Origin: Nymphaea colorata
Taxonomy: Eukaryota
Reading direction: 5' to 3'
Length of the DNA: 64,000 bases
Assembly (NCBI RefSeq): GCF_008831285.2
Contig: NC_045138.2
Span: forward strand, 42,470,001 to 42,534,000
In this document: one piece after another, positions 12,953 to 25,175 of the stretch
How positions within the stretch are numbered: the stretch's first letter is position 1
Layout of the letters: each line of letters starts with the position of its first letter
Notes under the pieces: model-generated
Told to the model about the DNA's origin: nothing
What the model saw: only the letters and a program-made list of their open reading frames with translations
The model's database searches: none
Translations under genes and position numbers: made by a program

Positions 12953-13014
12953 AAGTAGATCAAGGCAGTTGATTGTGAATCCACCACGCGCGGTTTCAAT
13001 CCCCATCGTTCGCC
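12953..13014 (+). pseudogene. trnH: 5'-truncated organellar tRNA-His(GUG) pseudogene
   Basis: AAGTAGATCAAGGCAGTTGATTGTGAATCCACCACGCGCGGTTTCAATCCCCATCGTTCGCC matches the 3' ~60 nt of plastid-type trnH-GUG, which is also resident in plant mtDNA. The 5' acceptor strand is missing. Confidence 0.8.
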
Positions 13015-14639
13015 AATTAATAAATGGACCATTTGCTTGCACTGGAGATAGAATAAAACGTTTACCAACTAGAAAGAATTTCTTCTATTCAATGTTGGGG
13101 TCAATCTTTAATATCATGCTCTGACCCCTACTTAATGTCCTCTCAAGGCTTTCGAATGCATCAAAGCAATTGGTATCTCATTGATGCTTGTTATTTGCTT
13201 CGCATGCTTGGATTCTACCCTTGATCACTTTTTCAATAGAAAGGTTTTCCAAAGTAACCAGAGTGACAGATCAGAGGTTGCAGGAAGAAGACATTGTTGT
13301 TGTTTATGGACAAAGTTGCCGGCCTCACGACTGGAAGATGTAAGTGAAAAAAAATAGAAGCCCTTAGCCTTTTCTATATCTTTTTATTAAGCTGACTTGG
13401 TTGCTTGCTTGAGTACTGTAATTTCGAAAACCGATGGTTTGCAACAGACTGGCCTGTGGATTCACTTTCTTAGGGACTAGAGCCCAGCACAAAGCCTAGC
13501 ATAGGGCATGAAGTGACGACTCTTCTTCTATGGATCCTACAACTGCCTTGCATTAGTGACGACTCTTCTTCTGTGGAGCCTACCACTTCTGCTACGACAT
13601 CTACAAACCTCAAAGGTTGGAAAGAAAGGCATATCGTTATCTTAGTTACCTAAGAAAGGTTAAGAAGGATGGGGGCTATCTAGCAGCTACCAAAGGCTTA
13701 GCAAGAAAGAAAACCAATCAAGTGGTCTACACTTGACTCCATTGCTCTGACTTTTGATTGGATATAGAAAGAATGGGAAGTCAAGGAAGGTGTCGTTGTG
13801 TTAAGCGACAATTTTGACTTTCAAGACATCAAGGTTTGATGGACAATTGGAATTGTATGCCATTCTTGCTTACCATACCAAAAAACAATTGCATACTATT
13901 TTGTCCTATCTTATATTAGCCCATAATTTTCATAAGCGCACTCCAAAGCTTTGGCTCTACCAATAGCTGTGTGCTTACTTTTACCTTTCATGTATGAAAA
14001 TACAAAATGGCACGACGTTTCGCTTGATCCATTCAGAAAGCACTTACAACTTCAAATTGCTAAAGCTTCTGAATGGAATGGGTGAGGCTTATTAAGTTGA
14101 CTGATTCAGGCCAGAGCAAAGTCAGGTTAGAAGAAAGCCCTCTTGTTAAGGGTGTTCATTCAGACAAAATTCACTCTTTGGTAAGGGTCAGCATGAATGA
14201 CATACAATTGCAATTTCTCCTTTCCTAGTAAGGGTTAGCACTTCCAAGATTTGTCTCACCTGAATTAAGTGACCTTTAGTATCAAGAGCCATTCAAGAAA
14301 ATTGCAATGACCATCAAATTTGGTAAGCACTTTGAACGATTTGTCTAACTTGAATAAGTTATAGGGACATTCAGCATCAAGAACCATTTAATAAAAATTC
14401 CAATTACCATCAATTCTGTTCTTTTAGAAATTACTCGCAACTTCAAGTTGGTGAAGCTTCTGAGGGTCATGTCAGAGCAAAGCCCTCACGTGATATGACG
14501 CTAGGGGATTTGCTAATAATGTGACATTCCCTAACACAATTCTTATTGAAAGTTGTGAGGGATTTTTCACTTCAATTGTTGCAGTTGTGGGACCTGGAGT
14601 TTCCACGATATTGGGTTGGTGTTCTGCATACCACTTCAA

Positions 14640-16289
14640 TTTTTATGTCATGTTTAGTTTTAAGTTCATTTACTTTTATTGGTTTCTCTGTACTAGCAAA
14701 TTCAACTATGGTAGATAATGATGTGGAAATTTTCTTTTTCGAATTTCATTTAGGTTTTGAGAACAGTTAATGACATGTCTTCATGCCAAGCGCTTGTTTC
14801 TTCCTTCAGCTTCTTGTAGAGTCTATGTTAATTCCCCCTCTCCCATATATGAGATAGAGTGATGACATGCATGTGGCTCCTCTACTTTGAGTTTGTCCTA
14901 GCGTTAACTTGTGATCAGTGATAGTAATATGATTTAGTACTGGGTAAGTGTTTGCTTCAAGGCCAAAACTATTTTAGGTACAACTATTAGCCCTCAAATG
15001 ATGAAAGTATTGTAGAAGACATAGGGGAAGAAGAGATAGAACTGGATGCATAGCCCCAATCCCTTGGGAAGAAGAGATAGAACTGGATGCATAGCCCCAA
15101 TCCCTTGGCCCCCCTTCATCATTTTTTCAAGAACCGTATAGGGTTCTCAATTCAATTTTTTCCTCAGATTTAGAGTTTAAGACACTTACAAGGGATACCA
15201 TCTGTATGAGAGCCTTATGGATTTCCACCTTTAGAGACAATGACAGCTCCAAAAGGGGTGAGAAGATCGAGAGGCTGTTGTAATACATTGAAAAACCTAA
15301 GATCTGTATCCCCATCATCTCCAAGAGCTATGTGGATTCCAATGGTGTTCAGAAAAGCATGCCAAAGTAGTTGAGTGTAACAAAAAGACAATTAATGTGT
15401 TATTTGATGTGGACCCCTCACATGTTAATAAAGAAGGGGGCCTTTTCACTTTTGCATTTGATGAGAGACATGAATCAAATGGGAAGCTGAAGCAAGAGGA
15501 GGTGGGAAACTAGGGGATATCTTTAGTTTCACTCTAAATTATACAAAAGTGTATGTATGATAATAATTCCTCATCCACTCTAAAAAAATAAAGGACATTA
15601 TTTCCATTGCATTTGCAAGACAATTAGTTTACATTACATGAAAAATGCAGGTATACCATCATATTAACTCATCATCAGCTCTTACTCTATAAAAATAGTT
15701 TGACTTTATAAATTTAAGAACAAAAATTAATTTGAGGCACTCAGAAGATGGTTGACTAGACTTTACTAAATATCAATAATACCGGCTAAGTTGCCTACTC
15801 TCTTCTAGTTAGGGTTAGATTTTCAAGCAGAAAGCTTAATGTAGTTACTACAAACAGGTCCTAAGCAAAGGACTAAAAGCCTGAAGTAGTATATTAAAAA
15901 ATTAGTACTTAATCATCTTTCTTACTTTCACTTTCTCATTTGTACATCACCAACTTTTTTCATACTTGTATAGGTTTTGTTTCTGTATAAAGGTTCTTGG
16001 GTGCATGAACATATAGATGAAATTGGCATAGGACAAGGTCTATTGTCCAAAAGCTAGAGAAAAAGACAGTGTTTGAAGCTCAAATTGCATATCTAAAGAT
16101 TCTTAGATGTGACATGTGTTTCCCAGTAGCTGCTAGGTGATTGGAAGTCTATATTTATTTACGATGGCCATTGGGTTCATGTTTATAATATATATAGTTT
16201 CTACCCCATAGCGGATTTACTTATGTATTGCTGCATGGGTTGGCCCATCAGAATGGATAGTTTGTTTGGAACTAGGTTAGTATACTTCA
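14640..16289 (+). pseudogene. Second, more diverged copy of the TIR pseudogene module (TIR ~15030-15545 plus flanks)
   Basis: Colinear with 9270-10928 along its length. Contains a 41-bp internal tandem duplication at 15025-15106. Confidence 0.85.
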
Positions 16290-17729
16290 AGAAAATAACT
16301 AACTTTTTTTATTGTGTCATCATACAATAAAAATTATTGATTTTTTGTAAAATTTTTCATATTTATGGTTTTCTCTTTGATCAACTTGCTATTCTTTCAG
16401 ACCAAAAGTGAAAGTGCTAAAACACCTCCAAAGTAAACTAGAAAATATGGGGCTGACACTTTCTGTAAGATAAGCTTAGGGAACTAAGTCTCTCTCCCTT
16501 GGTGTGAACGCCTTATATGTGTATGAACACAGTTGCTACCTGACTCCAAGCTTGTCTTGAGGTGTTGTTAATGTTAAGAATTTTCATTTATTTTAAGGGT
16601 TTAAATGCTAAAAAGGATAAGAATCCTCAAAATTTCCATATCTATTCTTTATCAATCTATTGAAAGAGCTGCTTGCACCGCAAATCATACCATGTAAAGC
16701 AATACTTTTTGATACTAAACAAGCCATAATGGTCATCCTGGCAGTATAAAATTTGCAGGAACTCAAAAAAACATGAAAGGGCCAATTTTTCATGTTACAT
16801 ATTGGTAGGGATATCAACGGATCGGATTCAAATCGGATATACCTTTAAACATATCTGATTTTTCAGATATTCATATATTCGGAATCAGATAAATTTTTTT
16901 TTTTATACCATATCCGAATCTGACTTTAAAATCTACATCTAAATCTGATCCGGATCCGATTTTTAAGTTATACTTGAATTTGATCTGAATCCAAATTTTA
17001 AGTTATATCTGAATCCAATTTTTAAGTTACACCTGAATTCGATCCGAATCTGAATTTTAAGTTATAAACCGAACCTGATATGAATCCAACTTTTAAGTTA
17101 TATCCGAATCCAATCCGAATCCAACTTTTAAATCATATCTGAATCTAATCTGAATCTGACTTTCACGTTGTATCTGAATCCATCTGAATCCAATTTATGA
17201 CTTTTAAGCCATATGTAAATATGATCCAAATCTAATTTATGCACTAAAATTCTAAAAATATATAGTAAACACTAAATGAACTATGAAACCCAATCTTAAC
17301 ATCACATTAGCTCAAACTTGACGGTCAAACTTCATTCTTTAGAGCATGAAAATTTAAATTTTCAAAAATTGTACTTGGCTGTTGTTCGTTGATGCAACAA
17401 GAGACTAAACGAGTGATCCTTTACGACTTCAATAATAAAAAAAAATCATCATATAGTCCAAGCTTGCAAAACTTTTCTTTCAATGCATCCATTTGCCACA
17501 ATGCATATGACCTTTCTGTTTGGATATATACTTCAACCATGTCGATACTATATTAAGGTCATGAGGATAATGATATCAAATTAACCAGCATTATGCAAAT
17601 GAAAACTTTAATTAAAGAAACATCTTAGACACACATAACTGTAGGTTTTAATTGATGTAATGAAAACAAATTAATACAAAAGAATATATACGTCTAATTT
17701 ATGATTTAGTTTCAATGTATGCTGATGCA

Positions 17730-19785
17730 AATGGTGCTTTCTGTTCAGGTAAAGGTGTAGGCAAATCAGAATCATCTAACAAGAGAATAAATTAAGCAAC
17801 CCAAAAATATGTTTAAAAATATTAATAATAAGTAAATTACCTTCAGCTTGATCTTGCAACCAATCTTGAGCACAAATCAAAGCCTCCACGGTCTTGAAAC
17901 CAAATCTACTTCTATATAAATCAAGAATACATCCACATGTGCTAAATGTTGACTCTGATGCAATAGTTGATATAGGAATAGCCAAAATATCACATACCAT
18001 TCTAGATAACACAGGGTATTTAGGTGCATTGACCTTCCACCAAATCAAAATGTCAATTGGATTGTTTTTTGGGTAAATGGGTTTTTTCTAGTACAACTCC
18101 AAATCTGATTTTGTGTGTTGGCTTTATGATGATTCTTCAAGAAAGTCATCTAGTGCACTTGTTTTAGGCTTCTTATTACTTCTAACAAAACTAGATGCAT
18201 CATTATCCTTCTCAACATCGACAATATAACCAGCACCAGTAGATATTTTCAATGCATATGTAGCTTTATATTCATCATAAAGTTCACAAAGATATCTTAA
18301 TTATAGAGATATATTCATATGTCTCATCTTTATAAAATTGCCCATAATAAAAATCAATTATTTTCATCTTATAATGAAGATCAAATACTACTGCAACTGC
18401 TAAAATTAAATTGCATGTATCTCAATACTTGTTAAACTTTGTTTTCATCATCATTGTCATATTTAAAAGGCAAATATCTGAACTTGAATACATTTTTTCA
18501 GTTTCCATCTTTATCTCAAAAAACTCTTTAAAGAAGATACTGAAAGTTGGATACTTAACTACGGAAATGGTATTAATAGCATCATAAAATACTTTCAAAT
18601 TATTATGAATAATAGTAGCCTTCTTCCACTCGTCCTTTGTTGGTGTCAAATGATAGTGACGATCAAGTTCTTAAAAATGACCAAAAGCTTCTTCATATTG
18701 TAAAGCTACATCAAGCATAAGAAATGTTAAGTTCCATCTAGTTGGAACATCAAGATATAACTTTTTTTCACAACTTTGACATGACGCAATGCTCGATAAA
18801 AAATTTCACATCGAGCTAGAGATGCCTTAATATATTTTATGTTTTCTCTTATTTTTTCAATTACATCATTTATTTCTTTGACACCATCTTGCACAACCAA
18901 ATTAATAATATGAGCAACACATCTAACTTGAAAAAATTTTCCATTACAAACAAGTGCCTCCTTTTCAAGAAGCCACTCTATCAATTTTGTACCCATTATA
19001 TCATTTGTTGAACAATTATCTAATGTAATTGAAAATAACTTACGATCAATGTCCATTTTAGTAAACAATGTTTGATGACTGATGCAAGTTTTTCTCCTGT
19101 ATGAGGTGTTCCAACCATAACAAAGTTGAGAACTTTCTTTTTTATTTCTCAACTATTATCAATATAATGTGCAGTTAAACATAAATAACCACGTTTCTGA
19201 CAAGACGAAGTCCACATGTCAGATGTAAGACTAATCCTTCCATTAGTCTTCTCCAAAATATTTGCGTAATTTTGTCATTTCATCTTCATAAATGTGTATG
19301 CAAACTGATCTAACAGTGTTACATACCAATAACTTGAATTGTGGTTGTAGTCCTTTAATAAACTTCTGAAATCCAGAATGACCAACTATACAAAATGGAT
19401 ATTCATGAAGAGCAATCATATTGGCTAAATCAAGTCAGCTTTTATCTGAATCAAACTTAAAAGTACGAACAATACATTTTCCATCATTAGTCTTTTCACC
19501 AAAAAGCAGACATTGTTGGCCTGATTCTAAGTTAGGCCTTTTAGGATATACCTTTAAATGATTTTTTAAACGTGTGGTGCCCATCTTACTATTGCAATCC
19601 ATAGATACTTTACAGTGTTGACAAATGACATGTTGACTACCTGATTCGTTTATTGTCCTGTTAAACTCTTTCCATGCAGCTGATCTTAGTAACTTGGTTT
19701 TCGTAGGCATGTCAGCTTCTATATTGTTAGTAGAGACAGAATTAGAAGCATTGACACCAGATGTTATAGAATCCATAATTTTCAT
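17730..19785 (-). pseudogene. hAT transposase (BED zinc finger, RICESLEEPER/DAYSLEEPER-like), disrupted
   Basis: BED finger CQHC...RLKNHL; SLTSDMWTS; ITLDNCSTND; RCVAHIINLVVQDG; dimerisation domain WWKVNAPKYPVLSRM...PISTIASESTFS. Split by frameshifts and stops. Confidence 0.92.
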
Positions 19786-21180
19786 ATATAAAAAATATAA
19801 AACTTTGACTAAACCATTAAAGATATATGGCCTAACTTGACCACCATTAAAAATGTGTTTTAGTTGAATCAGTAGTACATATGAATTTCTCTTTCACACC
19901 ATACTAAACATACCTCTAGCTCACACTTGTGATCATCAAGCATTTCAATATCCAACTCAGTTTGCTTTAACTGCAATAAACATGTCATTTGTCAGCTAAA
20001 GAAAGAATATAACCTTCTAAATAAGGTCTAGTTCTACCTTATACAAGGCAAACAACTCCTGGTTAGGCTAATTATGTTGAGAATCAAAGCAAGGCAGCAA
20101 CTAGTAGGTCTGCAAAACTTACCATCAATGCAGGAGTTGTTGTGGAGAGAAAGCCCTTTCTGATCATTGCCAAACCAAAAAACCAAGATAAGAAAATGTA
20201 TGTTGTTATTACTACCAGCAATTAGTAGTTCTAGCAAACGTCATACATTTATTGCTATGGTTAGTACAAAGAAATGCAGCAGATTAGAGAGGATGCAACC
20301 TAAGAGATCCTACACACCGATGAAATGGTTACTGAAATCATGCAAGTCTAAAGGCCAATCATATATTGTGTCTATACATCAAGGAAGCAGTTGTACATAA
20401 CTAGTTGAAATCGCTACAGCTAATATTACAATTGGTGGCACATACTCTACTTCGTTAAAAGCTAGTGATCAGAATATTATTCATTATATAGTATTTACCA
20501 CCAGCATAGTGTTTGAACTGTATCTTATCTGATACAGACATGAGAGAGGGGAGAGTACTAAAATTGTGTCCACTCACATCTTTTTCCATGTCAATAGGTT
20601 GGGAGATGACAACACTGACATGGATTAGAAGGACAAGTGGTTGCTACAACTGGTATTAAACTCATTATGAATTTACTAGTCGTGTCAATCACACATCGTT
20701 TTGTACATGAAAACCCACAACAACTACCCTTTGCACACCATGGGAAATAATTCCAGAAGCTCATTATTAGAATGATTACTAGAACCATGCAATTGCAAGA
20801 TGATTACTGTTTTCATGAAACCCACAACTAAATGGACCAGCTTCTTATTTCGAAACTTAATATTTCAATCGAATCAACAAATAAAATGAAACCACAAGCA
20901 AACACATCAAAACCAGAGGCAAAAAAAAGCTTTAGGGGATTGAAATCACCACTTCTAGCAATACCGACCAGGAGAAAAGCCTTTTTTTTTACGTCTAAGC
21001 TCCAATTCCAGTTTACCCATGAAAGTAATCCAAAACAAGTACACCCAACAAGCAAAATTACCTTAGTGCAAGAACCATACTTACAAGTTACAACTCACTG
21101 AAAATCACCACAATTCTAGCCTTCTAGGACACAAATAAGCAGAAGCCATCGAGAGCAACAAATAATGGATAATTCAATAC

Positions 21181-21460
21181 CTCAGGTTGAAGTAATTGGT
21201 GGGATCCTTACATGCTTGTTTGTAAGAAAACTGCATCCAAGATATCAAAATTAAAATGACCCACAATCAGAAAACCCCCCAAAATGGAAAAAACAAAAGG
21301 ACAAGAAAGGATCGAGTAGGCGCGAAACCTTCTTGCCGGAGAGAGCATTGGCGACGACACGGGTGTGGTCCCATCATGTGGCGGACCGCATGAGCTTCCT
21401 GAGGAGAATTGCCCCACCGATGAGGGCGAGCGCCTTCAGGACGATTCCCCTCACGCATGG
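21181..21460 (-). pseudogene. CRL: Captured fragment of CRUMPLED LEAF (CpcT/CpeT-like chromophore lyase): exon 1 part, intron, exon 2
   Basis: Exon ~21460-21329 reads VRGIVLKALALIGGAILLRKLMRSAT*WDHTRVVANALSGKK. GT..AG intron at 21328-21231. Exon 21230-21181 reads FSYKQACKDPTNYFNLR followed by GT. Matches the CRL N-terminus as I recall it (RARGLVVKTLVLIGGALL...DHARVV..L.GEKF..EQA.RDP.NYFN.R). Confidence 0.85.
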
Positions 21461-22522
21461 GGCTCTCGTCGAACAGGTTCTTCTCGGTGCAGGAAAAGAA
21501 GTCAAGAAGAGTGGAACCGGGAACATCGAGCAGGTTCTTCAATCTTTTTTGTTTTCTTTTTTTTGTTGGGTGGTGTAGCCGTAGGGAAGAAGAAATGACA
21601 CCCAATCATCTTCAATAACCTCTCTTAACAGCCAATCAAAATAATTTGTTTTACAATAAAAAAAAATGGGCGGGAAGCTTTATTTTCATTTCAAATTAGG
21701 TCAACTGAAATTGGACATAGAGGGAAAAACCATGGTTTTCTAATTTCAATTTCATGTCCAACCTAAAGCTAGTTGAAAATTTTAATCATTATTTAATTTC
21801 ATCTTATAAATTTATATCTTAATAGTTGTACTCTCAAAACAATCAGTAAATTTTTTATTGTATAAAAAAATTTTAAAAATTATGTTTTTGGCTTCACTTA
21901 AAATTTTAAAACTATAGTTTGACTCTTGCAACAAAACAACTGGTAAGTATATCGTATATAAAAAAAAATAAAAAATTATGCTTTGGCTTCACTTAAAATT
22001 TTAAACTATAGTGTAACTTTTGCAACAAAAAATTCCTTAATCAACCCTTACCCCTATGTATTAAAACAAATGAGTTTAAGTGTGTCATTTAAACATCGAA
22101 TTAATTATTCAAAACTAATTAAAAACTATTTTTTCACATATCCAATTCTTTCAAAACAGCTTTTTATGAGGTGTTGTATTCATTATAAATGACATTTTGA
22201 GTTTTGTCTCACCAGTTGAGACATGGAATTGACTATTATTTTAATTGAGTAAACTATTATTCACATAACTAGCTCTTTTTTTTACTAGTATATTTGACTT
22301 GTACATTTTTCTATAATAATTGTGCATATTGAACACTTATTGGTTTATTTTAAATAATAATATATTTTAATTGAGAAAACTATTATTTGATAATGATCAC
22401 TTATTTCAAATTATTAAATTAGGTGACTCATATTGTTTATCATTTCAAAAAAGATATTATTTAATGATTTTTTCTCATTTCATTGAGTTAATTAAAATAT
22501 TTTGTGTAACATCCATAAAAAG

Positions 22523-25048
22523 CAGGGGCGGAGGGAGGGGGGGCCGCCTGGGCCATGGCCCGGGTGAGCACAAGAAAAATAAAATTTATATTGAAAAAAT
22601 CAAATTTTTTTAGTTTAGCCCGACCCTCGCTCCTCTTGGCCCCACCCACAGATCGTCTTGGCCCCACCCGCTTTCACACATAACACTATCTCTCGCTTGC
22701 TCCCTCCGCCTTTCGCCCCTTTCTCTCTCACTCATTCCCTCTCTGGCCCACAACCATAGCAGATAGCAGGGCCCTCTCTCTCATGCCCTGCCTGCCCTGG
22801 CACACAATCACAACCACAGCAGCAGCAGGACCTTCTCTCTCACTGGCTCCCTCCCTCCCTGCCCTGGCCCACAACCGCAGCACAGCGGGCCATGGATGGT
22901 GAACTATCTGAAATTGGGAGCATTCTGGAGGTAATTCAATGGTTTTAACTTTGTTGTTACTCATTTGAACGTTAAGTTTTAATTTCTTTGTCAGTTAATT
23001 CGATTTTTTGTTGGCTTTGGTTATCTGCTCTCTATTTCCTTTTCTTAAAATTTTCTCTATTCATATTCAACTACAAAAAGTTTTTTCCGTCTTGTGCAGA
23101 ATTGTTGAAGATATACCAGGAATGCATTTTTGGCTAATTTTCTTTGCTTTCTGTTGTGGTGAAGAAGCTTATCTATTGCTGCATTGTTGAATGATTTGTG
23201 TTTAAATTTGGTCTAGTTTGTCGACAAGTTGCCGGTAAAATGAAGTATGATCCTTCTTATAGTTGATTAAAATGAAAAAATTTATTACGCCAGTTAATTG
23301 TTACTGCACTCTGCAAGTTTATGTGGGTTGGATCAGGACAGTAGTAAGGACCCGTTCAGTTTAGTTATGGTGTAAGCTCTTATTTGGACGTGATTAGCCC
23401 TAATGGATGATTATGATGTTTGGTTCTTCCTCCTAATCTCTCTCTCTCCCTCTCTCTCTCTCCCCCTCCCTCTCTCTCTCTCTTCTCTTGATAGCCCTAG
23501 AGGCTATCAATGGTGCAGTGGCTTAAGTCTCGGTGTTTCTCATGCTTCAAAGCATGTTCTATTATGACATCCAGTTTAAACGAAGTGTATGCCAAACTTA
23601 TATTTTTGTTACAATGCTGAATAGGTGCATAAGCAGCCTGTTTCAATCAAAACATTATTAAAGAATCATTATCTGTTATGGTTTAAGAGCTAACTAGTTA
23701 AGTGAGTAATGTTACTGCTGGACTTTAATATATCAGTTTATAAATGTAGGACGAGTGAGTCATATTTACTTTTGTGGTTACTATCTGTTTCTATTTAAGA
23801 TGTAAATGAAGCAGCATGTCATCTTGTTTCACAAGTTGTTTTCCACTACAAACATGGCCCAGAATAATGTCTTTAGGTAACACATGGAATGCCAAACATT
23901 TGAACCTAATTGTTTGGCTGTAAGAAAGGGAAGAATAAGGATTAGGTTTGCATTAGTATGTTCTTCAATTTGAACCTAATTGTTTGGCTATAATAAAAGG
24001 AAGAATAAGGATTAGGTTTGCATTAATATACTCGGTTTTCTGATTGTTATGCTTATACGGATGGACCAGTTGGTGCCAATCAGTGGAAAGTTGATGCTTT
24101 TGATGTGTTGAAAGCTGGAGCAAGGAACTAAAGTTGATATTGTTGCAACGTTAGATGTTTTGGTAAATTGTATTTTTTGAATGAGCATTTCTGTAGTTGA
24201 TTGTTTTCCTAGATATACTTCACCAGCCAATGCTTTTGCACCAAAAAGCTTCTTAGGGAATGGGAATAGTATTCCTAGAAGCAGGAGAATCTACTAAGTA
24301 TGGCTTCCATGCAGTTAAAAATGTGACCTACCAAGGAGTATTAAGTGCCAATTTCCATAATGTTAGTTGTTGCTTTGTTGTCTTACTTGTCACATTGTTA
24401 TCAAGATGATTGAAACACCTTTAATTGGGATAAATTTCCTAATGCATAAAGTGAGAGTGAGCAAAGGTGGGCCCAATCCAGTTTCAAATTCAGTTATTGC
24501 TGCTATCTTGAAAAAAGCTAGAGAGCTTGATGTCCCTAAGGAAATAGTTGAAAGAAACATTAAGAGAGCTTTTGAAAAGGGCCGAGAGGTTTATATCGAG
24601 AAGCTTTATGAGGTACAAACTTAACATGTACCTTAACAATTTCCTACCAACATATGTTGCTTGCATTGTGCTATGTTTATTGGGTTTGTATATATCTAAA
24701 ATGTTTAAATTTTATTGTCTATTTTAAATTTCAGGTTTTTCATGTGAGTTTATTGAGAAGATGATGAAAAATATTCAAGATTATTTGAAAAAAAACAAGT
24801 TATTGATCAAGAGGGAGAAAACCAAGAGGAAAAAAACCAAGGGGAAAAAACCAAGGGGGAGAAAACCAAAATGTTGGTTGTTCTAGTCTAAAAGCTATTG
24901 GAGTTTACAGATGTATTTGTTTACTATGTTTTGATTGTAATGTGTTGTAGGACAGGTCATGCTGCACGTTCATGACATGGGCAATTATATACAACATATG
25001 TTCACTTTTACTATACTGTGGTTTGCAAATATTATCTAAAGTATGTGA

Positions 25049-25097
<49 letters not shown>

Positions 25098-25175
25098 AAT
25101 ATATTATATTATAATATATTATAGTTCGTTGGACCTTTTGGCCCGCCCCTGAAAAAAATCCTGGCTCCACCCCTG
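22523..25175. mobile_element. Nested non-autonomous hAT-type element (Pack-hAT), 2,653 bp
   Basis: Termini CAGGGGCGGAG / CTCCACCCCTG. Perfect 8-bp TSD ATAAAAAG (22515-22522, 25176-25183). No transposase. Confidence 0.92.
24463..24612 (+). pseudogene. Captured exon of a YebC/PmpR/TACO1-family gene (At2g25830-like)
   Basis: KGGPNPVSNSVIAAILKKARELDVPKEIVERNIKRAFEKGREVYIEKLYE, ending at a GAG|GTAC splice donor. Lies inside the nested element. Confidence 0.85.

Noticed and set aside
12922..13014. Functional tRNA-His gene
   Set aside because: The 5' acceptor strand is absent and the stems carry mismatches.
16820..17240. Regularly spaced repeats resembling a CRISPR array (also 30484-30870 and 61600-61950)
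   Set aside because: Plant DNA, no unique spacers; these are TE subterminal or internal tandem repeats.
17730..19785. Domesticated SLEEPER gene
   Set aside because: Multiple stops and frameshifts, and it lies within intact TIRs and a TSD.
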